The notes beneath the pieces are model-generated. The model was given only the letters and a program-made list of their open reading frames with translations. It had not been told where the DNA came from and did not search any database. From the NCBI GenBank assembly GCA_001949185.1, contig BDGG01000002.1, forward strand, positions 310,001 to 374,000: a stretch of DNA of 64,000 bases, in the 5' to 3' direction. Positions 1-11,895 of the stretch are shown here, piece after piece (positions within the stretch are counted from its first letter, which is position 1; each line of letters begins with the position of its first letter). The DNA is from Ramazzottius varieornatus (Eukaryota; Animalia; Tardigrada). Made by a program: the position numbers and the translations under genes.

Positions 1-331
1 CGCAGCTGTTGGACCGTTTTATAGGTTAAGGGGATTTATGACGTTTGTCCCTCCCATTTGTGGAAAAACAGATAAATTTCTCGGTATTTGATGGTCCTAC
101 GAAATGTATAAACCACTGAGGCGCGAGTGCCATAAAGTTTGCCCGCCCGCTATAATCCATATTTCCGCAAAAAATGGAATCATAAATGGTGCCAAACCGG
201 CCCAACATCTAAATTAACCGTTCGATCGACCCCGGACTTCGATAGCAGACGTAGTCTTAATATAGAAGTATAGCACAGGGAGCATGCAAACACTGGCTTC
301 TTCCCGCTGAATACGCCAGAGACAGAGCCGA

Positions 332-2004
332 TCAGATGGAGCGGAAAGAACCATTGTGGGGCACGAAGACGTCGAGGGAAGTGGCTGAGGGCAAGAGCCT
401 GACCATAGCACTGGGAGAGCGGGAGGGCGATGGCTGGAGCGAAGGTGCGTACAGCGTCATCTTGCCCTTTGTCTTCTGGCTGAAGTTGCTCAAGGTGATG
501 GTCCTTCGGGCAGTTGCAGCCCCGTTGACTACGGAGGCTCCACTGCTGCCGTCCAAGCAGCTAAACTTCAGCCGAAGCTGTACGGGTGTCCCCGGCGGTT
601 GCACAACGTTGCCTTTTCGACAGCAGGACGCTTGCAGCTTCTGCACACTAAGGTTGAACAAGGCATAAATTAGCGGGTTGACACAACTGGAGAACCAGGC
701 CGCACACTGGGCTAGACTGCCCACAGCGCGAGGAATCTGGTCCTTCATACGATAGTCCGTCCAGACGTTGAGCAGATTGACCGTGAAGTACGGTGTCCAG
801 CAGATCAAGTGAGCCAGGAGGATACAGACGGTCAGTTGGATCGTTTTGGTCTTGGCTTGGCTTAACATGGTCTTTCTGCTCTTGAGGTGGTTGGAGTTTG
901 GGCTGGACGCATTGTTTTGGCGGATAATCATCAGCGGAGCAGCGGCATCTCGAGGGTTGGGAGAGGAGGTGCGCCAGACGGCGCGAGCAATCTTGTAGCC
1001 ACAGAGCGTCATGAAGCACAAGGGAGCCACGAAGACGCAGATAGCCAGCCAGGTCACGTTCAGCTTCCTCTGCCAAGACGCTGTGTACCCGTGACTGCGA
1101 CACGCCATGTGCGACTTCCCTTCACCATCCACACCCACTTCCACCTATACAAACGATCCAAGAACCTTACTTCCCCTCATCATGTATTGCGTGATTGATC
1201 ATTGAGGCCAATTCACTTCGATTAGGCTTAGGCGAAATTGGCGCTCGTGACCTTTGAACTGATCGATGATATACCTGTAGGAAAATAAAGAGCTGCGGAA
1301 TGGCCACAAGGGCGGCCAGGAGGAAAGAGACCAGGATCATCTTGCGGCTTCGTTGGACCGAACGCGAGAAGACTAATGGCTTGCAGATGGCTTCATAGCG
1401 GTCAAAACTCATGGAAACCAGGATGAAGGAAGTGCCGACAAACAGAAGACATTGGATGTACGTCGAAAGCTTGCAAACGATATTGCCGTAGGCACCTTGC
1501 CCAATCCACTCCCAAAAGATTTCCGTCGACATACTCAGAACCGCAATCATGATATCACCTGCAATACAAGAAGTCATATAATCAACATTTATGCAAAACT
1601 GGTATGACAATTTATTTAGTGCGTTACTTGCTAGGCCACGGCGAAATTTCGCCGTGACCGGATGGTTTTTCATTGATTACGGATTCGTGAAAGACAGGTT
1701 TCGATGAGACGACTTGGAAATCAGAAACCAAGTTTAAGCCGATTACTGGAAAACTAATCAAAGAGAAAGCTTTTTTTCCAGAGGGATCGATCAGCTTACC
1801 GAGAGCCAGAGAAACGACAAAGATGGAGACAGGACGGCGGCATCCTCCGGAACGCCATATCATCAGCAGGACCATAGTGTTACCGATTAGCGCCACCACC
1901 ATAAAAGTCGACATCAAGACGAGGAACTCCGAAGACTGATGGACATCCAGCACTTTTCCGGAGACCGCTTCCGAAGCGTTTACGGCCGGGCTAGGCTCCA
2001 TCAT
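332..2004 (-). CDS. Class A neuropeptide GPCR, vasopressin/oxytocin/CCAP/GnRH receptor superfamily (3 exons: 2004-1800, 1558-1275, 1144-332)
   Basis: GN in TM1, LALGD across intron 1, CK...SFDRYEAICKPL, IPQLFIF, KTKTIQLT...ICWTPYF, SSCVNPLIY; GT-AG sites join the three ORF fragments in frame. Confidence 0.9.
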
Positions 2005-2671
2005 GGTCAATTACCTCGCGCGCAATCTACCTTCTAAGATCGTTGAAAAGTGTAAGACGCAAGACCTCTATGGAAGGTTTCTGGCCCTCGAATGAACGAT
2101 CAGGTTACCCACAGTGGGCTTAAGAGGGAAATAAGCAAAAGGTTTCCTGTTGTTTGAACGAGAGTGGGACAACTGAGCTGCGAGCGCTTCACGACTTCGA
2201 AGAAGTGGCGCCTGGTGGACGTCAAGGCGCCTCCACGTGTGCACCAGAATAGATGTCATTTCTGTGAGCCACAGGGATTAACAGGAAAATACCGGTAACA
2301 ACGATGAGGCGGGAAAGAGTACATCGGATGCTTGAGACGGTGGCTCAGTAATTGCTGCCGGAGATGCCGTTAATTAATTCCCGCAAGATGACCCGCCCCG
2401 CATCGGCGCACTAATGGATTCAAGGGAAGAGACCAAAGGCAACAGTCTTATTAACACCTGCAGCACCACGTGTTTTATGTCAAAATTGAACCATGGGATA
2501 CGAAACGATCCCAGAGTTTCTGACTGGTTTATAAACGAGCGCCACCGCCCCTTGATTAATAGCAACGTCCACATTCTAACCGGCGCATGACACCATGCGT
2601 ATTAATCCATTTAATCCACCACTTCATCGGGGAAACACAGGACTGAAGAACAAACAACCTCCCCAAGTTTA

Positions 2672-2983
2672 CTAATACGACGTGAAGCCATTCTTCTGGC
2701 ACTCGAAACAAGTTACGGTTTCAATGGACTTGTGGTGCAATTCACAGACAGGGATATTACAGAACGAACACACTGCCCTCGTTTTCTTGTCCGTTGAACG
2801 TGGGCATAGCTGGCATCTTCTCTGCACTTTCGATCCGGTCGGTGTGTGCTGCAAGACGCCTTGGGCAGGAGGATCCACGTTTAGCCCAACAACTGTACTG
2901 ACTTTCAGCGCCTTGTTGATGACGGATTTTGTTGCGAGAGGAAGGTTAACGACATAACGTCGCCGTTCCGGATGGCTCTTCAT
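2672..2983 (-). mobile_element. piggyBac transposase relic (C-terminal cysteine-rich domain)
   Basis: RRCQLCPRSTDKKTRAVCSFCNIPVCELH matches the piggyBac C-terminal Cys-rich domain pattern; no intact DDD core seen; only weak remnants upstream (~3700-4100). Confidence 0.65.
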
Positions 2984-4289
2984 GAGTTATTTGTTCAAAT
3001 CTTCGAAAATGACAAGCCGAAATTCACGGAATAAATATATGAACATCAGTCGACGAAACCTGATGGTATGTGCGGTGGTAGTCAGCAAAGTGGCAGGGGA
3101 ACGCCCTTCGGCGGCACTTCAAATTTTCGGCCACTTTGAATTTTTCTGTTGAGTATAGAAGAAATTCCCACCGAATCTGACAATGGCATACGAGACAGGA
3201 GGTACCTCTCAACGTTTGCCTTTTTTTTGAAAGTAATCCATGAAGCGACAAAAATCATATAAATTCATAAAGCCGTGGAGGCCCAATCTAACCGCTGAAA
3301 CTTCAAGTTGCTAGATTCGTTTGCCACAGCTGGGAACTGGCTATCCATCTTTATCTGATAGAGGAAGATTTTTCCCAGGCAAAGCAAAAAATAGCAAGCT
3401 GATGAACTGAATACGGAGCTCGCAACAGCGCAGTGACGGTGCTTTTGGGATCGTTTTGATCCCATGGTGCTGCAGGTATTAAGACAACCTGAGCGGTTGT
3501 TACAGGAAATAAAAATTTGCTGCCGACTATTCTTCAAACTCCCGAGCGAGGTAAGAGGAGAGGTGCTGAAGCAGAAAAAAGTGAATAGCTGCCTTTGACA
3601 CGGTTCGCCCGATTCCTGTGGCGCATGCCATGCACAAAGATAACAGGCTCAGATGAGGGTGTGGTGCGGACATGTATGGAGAATGTCAACGACGACGGCA
3701 CTGTGATAATCTTTTGACAATGCGATCAGCATGGGCGTTTTGTGGAGAATCTTCTTTTATCGACGATCAAACAAGCAGTAAATTTGAAAGCAGTTATCTC
3801 CTCTTTCTTCACAGCGTTGTCAAACCTTCGTACAATGTAAGTACCACTAAACCATTACCGTTTGACTTGTGTTGGTACTTGGTAGAAAGAGATGACGCGT
3901 ACGCCGTACAGGGGATGTAGCTAATGAACGCGATATTGTTCACGGTCGACGACAAAATAACGACCTCGCTCTTTAATGCGTTTGACGGGAACTTGAATTA
4001 TCAAGATGTTTGCTTACAGCGGACGTCATGGCACATACTACTGCGTATCTCCTTTCACAATTTCCGTGAATGGGTTCGTCGCGTAGAACTCTCGCATGCG
4101 GCTTGCGTCCCTATCCAAGTCGCACAATAATATGTTGTTGCGAAAATGCTGTTCAACAGTATCATCCACACTCCGGATCTGCTTGTGTCCATACATAAAG
4201 AATCCTCGTGCATACATAAAGTATCCATGTCTTAGATCACCTTGTAACTAACCTGTGGAACCATTTCTAGCACGTTATCTTTGGTGGGT

Positions 4290-7100
4290 CTACAGTGTGA
4301 CACCGTGACGCAGTTGCAGTTCGAGGGGGTTGAAACCCGCGTCATTTTCAGGAGCCTTTCGCGGGTTGGTTCCCAGGAAAGGGGGCCAGCTCGACAACAA
4401 CATCCTGATCAGAAGATGTGGCAGACCGTTGGGCGCTTGGCCATAACAAGAGAATGGAAAGGCTCCCAATACGCAGGCATCATTTCCTCTCTGTATGTCT
4501 ACGCTAAAACGCTGTCTAAGAAATTTCTGACGATCTTCTTTCACCCGTGTCGACTGCAACTTTCTTCCCGACTTCTCCTAGCAAACTCGCCTCTGAAGGA
4601 CCGAAACTTCCGTAGGTCTCGACCCCAACTGGACAGAAAAGTACCGACCTTCCAGGTTCCGAAATACTTTGTTCGCTTGAGATCTTCGGCTTTGTTGACT
4701 GCATAACCCGCGTTCTCCGCCGACCCACCAACATGACTGTCTCACAGCGTGTCCACACAGGTAACGTCCCAGACTAATGCCTTATCTTCCTCCCAAGGAA
4801 CGAGCGTCATTCCATCAGGCCGCTTTCGTGTGTCGTCTCTCAACACAACGTTAGGCTCGAGTACTGCATGGGACTGATAAGTAACTAGAGCACGGCGCAG
4901 CGATTCGTTCAGGGCCGAGTGTTGGCTGTGCCGACCAGCACTGTACCTACAGCTTAGTCCGTGTCTCCCGTAGACGTCAACCGTTGCTGAACATCTACAG
5001 GTGTGCGGCTCAAAGATAGGCGCGCCGGTTCACAGATGCGAAGGGCCTCCAGCGGGAGTTCAGTTCCCGACACCTCCATCCATGATGTCAACTCAGCCGC
5101 GCACAGTTCATCCAGTCGAAGTCAGCAACCATGGAGGTGCCCATTTGCTTCGCAGAAGAAATAGAGATCAAGCAGGCTGAGAGGGCATTCTTGTGCTCGG
5201 CGATGGCCGAGTCCACCTTTTGCGACCGGAAGGCTTGCTTGTTTCCAGACCGGATCCGTCATCTTGGCGTTTGTACTCCCTGCGGCGCTGCTGCGAAGAA
5301 CACCATCAAAGTTACGGAGTAGATCTGGAAATTTTCACACAGACTACATCGCAAAACATATAACAACTTTGGCAGAAACATACAATTCTTCGACAAAAAT
5401 AGCGCCTGATGGGCAGCTAGTTTTCCTAGTCTTGATGCCATCAGCTTGGCGAGTCTTCTCCTGTAAGACTGGTCCACGCTGCTGAGGGGGCTGAGGGGGG
5501 GGGGGTGGTGACGATCGGGAAAATGGCCTTGGCGTGCGATTTGGTTGTCAGCTGTTCTTTCTTGCTACCGCCAAAGATGAAGATCACACACTTGTCTAAG
5601 TTCAGTTCCAGACCAAGACCCGCACACTGATCGGCTACTCGCTGGAAGACTTCAATTACCCTGTCGACATCCCCTCCAATTGTGGCATCATCGAGATACC
5701 AGCAGTTGAAGTCGGACTTCAAGGACTTGGACAGGTCTTTTGTCACCAGGCAGAAGAACAGAGATCCCAAAGGGTCTCCCTGCTGAACTCCACGAGCTGA
5801 CTGAAGAACCTGGTTACCGTAAATGAGGTTGGAGGGTCGGCTGTACATCTGGGAGGCGAAGTGAAAGTATTGCAGCTTACCTTCTCCACTTCCGCTAATA
5901 ACCTGCCACGATAAACAGTATTAAAAGCATCTCTGAAGTCAAGCTTCAGCAAAACTTGACATTCCGCGCCGTTTCTTGACAAGAAGGTGCGAGCTGCGTG
6001 GACTGCTGCTCTGCACCGCCTTTAGTTCCTTAGTCGACTTGCTCTGGTCAAAGCTGTGCGCTCATTTCCGTCATGACGCGTTTACTGACAACTTTACCAG
6101 CTAGGCGGTGTAGGGTGCAGCCAACCGCGATAGGACGTACACCACCATCCTTGGCCAAGGCAGTTAGGGATGCACCGTACAGGAATGAACACATCCCGGC
6201 TGGCACTTTCCCATTCAGCATATGAGTAGCTAAAGAGGCCAGGGCTTCCAGTAGTTCCGTAGACATGCCGTCATTCAGACCGGCAGTCATGTCTTTCAGG
6301 TGTTGCGGTCTCAGTCCGTCAGCTCCACCAGCAGATCCATGCGGACAACTGAAAAAGGTACTGCGGGTTTCCCGGGCAGTTACCGGAGGGACGGCTGGAA
6401 CGTCGTCATCCATTGGTTCGTCAATGACTCGCTGGTCAACCGTGTGTTTCTTCCGGAGGGCCTTCAGCGTCTCGGTAGTTCTTGGGGCTATCGAATCTTC
6501 CGAGGCGAGAGTCCGCACCGCGCCAATAATGTCTTCCTCGTTAAGTTTGGCTTCCACTCTTTTCCGAAGAACGGTGTCGCTGTCAGGTGGCTTATTCCGG
6601 CTGGCTTTCTACACGGGAATGTTTTCACATGCTTGTGGGCGACTGATGTTGGCTTCAACGAGAGACGTAAGAGACTGTTTTTCTCGCGAAGACTCGTCCG
6701 GTTGGGCAACGGCTGTGGAAGGAAAACAGGAACTTACGCCAGGACTCTTCGTCGTTCTTCTGATAAGAGTCCCTGAGCAGTTTCAGGCTGGCAGCCGCTG
6801 CCGTTGGTCTGGTGCCTTTGGGGATCCGGCGAAGCGCTGAGGATCGGAAACATCGGAGGAGCTCGTCTTCCTGGCTTTCCCGGGACACTTCGGCCGGAAG
6901 TTGTGCGGCTTGCTGTCTGGAAAGCTTGATGACACGGTCTTGACTGGACTGGCTGTCTCTGTGCTTGTTCAGCCCAGCTTGGGCCTTTGTTTTCTTGTCG
7001 CATAGGTCTCACTCTAAGGTCGCTTGGCTGGCCATATGGCTGAAACGGAAACCAACCACGGCAAAGACAATACTGTGGCTCGCAGAGGTGAGAGTCCACT
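4290..7100 (-). mobile_element. Decayed CRE-clade non-LTR retrotransposon (C2H2 finger, RT, Zn knuckle, restriction-like endonuclease), frameshifted
   Basis: GSAGGADGLRPQHLK, GGVRPIAVG, LKLDFRDAFN, GVQQGDPLG, WYLDD; TCRC...HGLSC; [10 protein letters not shown]...[10 protein letters not shown]; QRFSVDIQRGN; fragments lie in different frames. Confidence 0.9.
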
Positions 7101-7972
7101 TACGGGTATAAAACTCCCTGCAGGGTAGCCTGATGCACACAGAGCACCCCTGAGTTATCCACCGAAAACACGGCAGGTAACTGCTCTGGTGCCACCGCTG
7201 TTCAGGCGGAAATAGAGTAGGGACGGCCGAACTCTTGATTGACTGGTCGACGTCGGGAACAGCTGATTGGAGCAAACCACCTGCAAGACTGCACAACGGC
7301 AGCTTACGACCACAGCACCATAGGGTACAGAACGTACCTGGTAGACTTATGTGGCCCTCAGCACACGTAAGAAGGAGTGTGGAGTCGGATGAGCGTCGCA
7401 GAATCTGGAAGAACGTTCGGGTGGCGTCATCGCGGCTGAATTTGTCATTTTGTTCGCGCCGATGTCAGTTCAAGCCGCGGCTGCTCTAGGGTGGGGACCA
7501 TTATTCCATCCATTACGAAATCCCGCGATGAACTCCCGGGTGTACCTACACCCGTGTTAAGTCTATCCCGCGATCGACAAGTCCCGCGTGGGACTTGTCC
7601 GAGACACCGTCTTCTCAGATCCCCACCTCTGCAACAAGACACCCTCTGTATCCAGCCACATCTTCGGCTGAAAAAACGCTCGTTTGTCGTAATACGAAGA
7701 GTGCTTGAACGGCCTCCATTCTTTGGTTGATTGTCTGTTATTATTGATAGCACTCACAAGCAGGCTGAAGCAGCTGATCATTCTGGTTGTCCATTCCCAT
7801 ATGGTTTCGGCGGGTTGCTCTGTTCTCGGATATCTCTTCTCCTGTTCCTGCTACAGTGGGCTGTTGTCCTCAGGCGAGTAGGAGGTACACGCAAAGAAGG
7901 TGAGCATACAAAACATTGCTTGCGAAGAGGATTGCCTTGTCAACTGTTTCGCCTCTCAGCCAGGCTTGAGGG

Positions 7973-9165
7973 ATGGGTGAGAGTCCACGAGAAATGTGCG
8001 TCTTCGCCGCCAAGCTGTCGGAGCAAGCGGAACGTTACGACGAGATGGCCGCCGCAGTGAAGGACATGGTTCGAGCAGCTGGAGCAGCGGACCTATCACC
8101 GGAAGAACGCAGCTTGTTATCCGTGGCCTACAAGAACGTCACCGGAAGTCGGCGAGCCGCCTGGCGTATCCTCTCCACGCTGGAAGCCAGAGCTACGCAA
8201 CCCCAACACCGCCAACATAACGGCCATAGTGGAAAAGACGAGGATGTCGACATGAAACTGGCTCAAGCTTCGAAGGTAATCCGCTCACGTCTCTTTGTTT
8301 CAATTTCTTCGGACGCATCTTTCGCTCTTTAGCTGCGGCAGGAAGTGGAAAAGGAACTGAGGACTCTTTGTGACGACATCGTGAGTCTTCTGGATAAGAC
8401 GCTCATCCCACAAGCAACGCTGGGAGAAAGCAAAGTCTTCTATTACAAAATGTACTGTTTCTAGCCGGAAGTGACATTGTCAACTTTCTGACCGTTCAGT
8501 TTGGATGTTGCTTATAGTGTAGCCTGATTTCAGGAAAGGAGATTACTTTCGTTACTTGGCTGAGCTGACTTCGGCGGACAAGAAAGACATATCCGAGACT
8601 GCCCAGACGGCCAAGAAGGGGGTGGCCGAGAGCGCGCAAGTGGCCTACCGAACGGCCATGGACATTGCCAACAGCGAGCTGGCTCCCACACACCCCATAC
8701 GGTAAGAGATGCTTCTTGGATATCGAGCACAGTTAACCCCCAGCTTTTGTCAAAGTTCTGTGCTTTTCAGCCTGGGTTTGGCCCTCAACTTTAGCGTCTT
8801 CTACTACGAAATCATGCAGAGCCCTGATCGCGCTATCCGCTTGTCGAAGGTAAAGCTATCTCACAGTCAGGAACGTGCACGTGTCCTGTGACTGCTGTCA
8901 GGGCCGCGCTGGGCACGGGCTTGATTGCGATCTCGTAGAGAAAGGGCAATTCGAGCCTAGTTCACAAGTTTGCAGGTCTCTTCCTGACTTTTTGTCCTCT
9001 GATTCGCAGAGTGCCTTCGACGACGCGATCGCCGAGCTGGACAATCTGACGGAGGAGTCGTACAAAGACTCGACGATGATTTTGCAGTTGCTGCGAGACA
9101 ACTTGACGCTATGGTCGGCAGATGGAGTGGCTGAGGACAAGGACGCTAACGACATGGATAACTGA
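7973..9165 (+). CDS. 14-3-3 family protein, divergent paralog (5 exons)
   Basis: [82 protein letters not shown]. Confidence 0.95.
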
Positions 9166-9700
9166 AATGGCCACGCACTGGCCAATTTTGCACTTCCTTA
9201 CCAGGGTACTATTGTTGGTTTTATGTGGTTATTTGAAAATTCCTGTCCATTGTTGATACATTATCGTTGATGAGGTTTTCCAATCTTGTGATATACACTG
9301 TTGCTCCTCCAGCTGACCGATATCTCCGATTTGATACGACGGGTCGTCACGATTAACCTTGCCAATAACTTTTGCCTTGTCAACACCGCACCGTGATCCG
9401 AGAAGGAGAACTTTTCTATCATAATGTTACAGACTGATACTCCAACTTATATTTTCTATCTTTTAATTTTTCGTTATTCTAAACGTTTCGCGAACTTGAC
9501 AAAGTAACAAGTTCAAGGTTTCTCTTGTCTCAAAAAATCTGGCAACGCTTTTAGCTTGCGCAAATGGATGGTGGTCCTTGCACGCATTTGTTCATGAAAG
9601 TAACCAACACACCCACTGTATTTCGACGAATTGCTCCTGCTGGTCACCAGTGGGAATGATACGGAAGCTTGGCCAACAAACTCGACAAGACTGTTTTGCC

Positions 9701-9747
9701 AAGTGGCACACGTTGTTAGTGTCATGGACTTGAAGCGTGCGCCACTT
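9701..9747. repeat. Palindromic element AAGTGGCACA-N27-TGCGCCACTT
   Basis: Arms 9701-9710 and 9738-9747; intergenic. Confidence 0.8.
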
Positions 9748-10249
9748 TGAAATGCAATCCAGTCAACTTTGACTCTTTTCCCAAGTGACGCATGTTCTCG
9801 GTGTTCCTGGTGTGAGCGTGCGCGAATTGGAAAAATCATCTTGCCCAGTTTGTCTGCTACTTATACTGACGCTGCAATTTGATGCCAGCAGGCGTCATTG
9901 TTGGGAGTTCAGAGAGGTGCTTGACATGGATCGCTGGGTGTCATCCGCTGATCATATTCCATCAAACATCAGACCAACGCTGTCAGACCCCATTAGAGTT
10001 TCCTGTACGGGAAACCCAATAAGACAAGGAAGGACGGGCCGGACCGTTGGTCGCTCCACAATCGCGCAGCGCTGGTGTTGATAATGAGCAGCGTTCATCC
10101 ATTATCTGTCGAACGAGTTATGTATCGACCTGACACTGCGTGGGAATTATGAGCAACTTAGCGGCGACCTTGTGTAGGTGTCTCTCGCCATCACCGCACG
10201 CTGTTGAGCTCATTTGAGTCTGGATACCTTTCCCTGTGCCTTGACAAAG

Positions 10250-11639
10250 ATGATGCGGGGTTTCTGGGCGCTCTTGCTGGGTGTGGTAGTCTGGTGGACG
10301 TTGGCCGAGGGTTTCGCGGGATCGGTGACCAACCTGAACGCCACACAGAGGACTAGTGGGAATATCCAGATGCACCCGCTCCATGCCCAGATGAAGGAGC
10401 AGCGCCACCGAACCAGCGAACCCAAAGGTTCGTCAAGTATTCTGGATAACAAAGTAGAAACATGTAAATGAACCTTGCCGCTCCCATTGTATCTTATACC
10501 AATGTTTACCCAGTTGGAGCAGATGAATTAACCGGTGGTCTGTCTTTCTTTCTTGCAGCCGTCCAGCGAGCCGACAACAGAGAGCCGGATGTCTGTGAGA
10601 CGTTCAGTTTTACGGTCAAGGGCGGATCGATGACGCGCGATGAAAGTTGTGGGAATAATTCGGCACAGATTGAGGAAGTCAACGAGGCTATTAACAAGCT
10701 GAAAGCCCAATCACAAGTTGATCGGGAGATGCGCCACAGGTACGCCAAGCGTCGGCAAATTCGTTATACCGAGGAAAGCTTGTAGAAAACCGGCACTGTA
10801 GCGCTTCATTCTCAGCTCAAGCTGAGATCGTGCCATTTTATTTCGTCCAAAACTAAAATCAAATTCCAGAAAGATTTCAAAAGCTTTCATTTTGTTTCAA
10901 GTGGTGAAGGCCGTGAAGGATCAGAAAGACCAACAAGTTCGGTTATCCAACTAAAAAGTACAATCGTTTCAAGTGGCATTTTAGGATAAAGAAACATAAG
11001 ATCAGTGGTTGTGTTGTTCATCTGTATAGGTTGGAACTTCAAGTGCTTCATGAGACGGGAGAGAACCAAAAACTGAAGAGCGAACTTTTGGGCAACCGGG
11101 CGGAAATGGAGAAGCTGAAGAACCAAATCCTGCAGCTGGAAGTACTGATATGGCGGGAGAAGTTTATGTACGAAAACCAGACGGGACTGATCATTCGGGA
11201 GCTGCAGTCCAAGGTCGACAACATGTCGCAGCACGTCAACGACCAACTGGACATCCTGCAGGAATACGTCAATGGCAGGATACCGGTGCGTGGTCCCGAT
11301 GGCTCCATCCGTAAGTCATTTACTCTTCGTCCTTGACGGTAGAAATATCGATAACGGTGGTCGGCGTTGGTTGCAGAGTGTCATTTCGAGAAGACGCCCA
11401 ATGCCGGTATTCTCCATTACAACGACAAGCAGCTGCGCGTCAACAATGTCATGGAGTGCCTCAAAGCATGCTTGACAGAAACCATGTTTAACTGTCGCTC
11501 CGTAGATTATCTACGGACCGGTACCAACCACCAGAATACCGGTGAATGTCTCCTCAGTAAAGATAATCATTTTACAGTGCCGGAGGAGAATTTTAATTCC
11601 TATGTTGGCTGGGACTATTATATTAAAATTTGCAAATAG
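10250..11639 (+). CDS. Secreted protein: signal peptide, coiled coil, C-terminal PAN/apple domain
   Basis: MMRGFWALLLGVVVWWTLAEG signal; heptad-like segment LHETGENQKLKSEL...LQSKVDNMSQ; last exon CHF...ECLKACLTETMFNCRSVDY...CLLS...WDYYIKIC. Confidence 0.8.
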
Positions 11640-11895
11640 ACCTCACAGTATTTCTCATCCGCTCCAGCCAAATAAAGGCCCGCAGCCGGCTAACGTCACA
11701 CATGTAAAACGATTACTAAGAATTGCCACCAGTCTAGAAAGCTGAGGGAGGGTTGAAAGGTGCGTAAGAGACAACGCGAGAAGCAACGTCTTCTCTCAAG
11801 TCGGCATCCATCCAGGGAACCCACCTGTGCCAAGACAAGTTCATTTGTTACGGCAATATCTGTTTTCTTTGGCACCGAGTGAGGGCTGCTCGAAC

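Noticed and set aside
3-211. Possible MITE with imperfect terminal inverted repeats
   Set aside because: Only 14/19 match and the TSD cannot be checked at the window edge
6265-6840. Plus-strand ORFs of 191 and 158 aa
   Set aside because: Antisense shadows of the retrotransposon ORF
7510-7600. Hammerhead ribozyme
   Set aside because: GAAA and GATGA are present but not in the required order and spacing, and there is no CUGAUGA core
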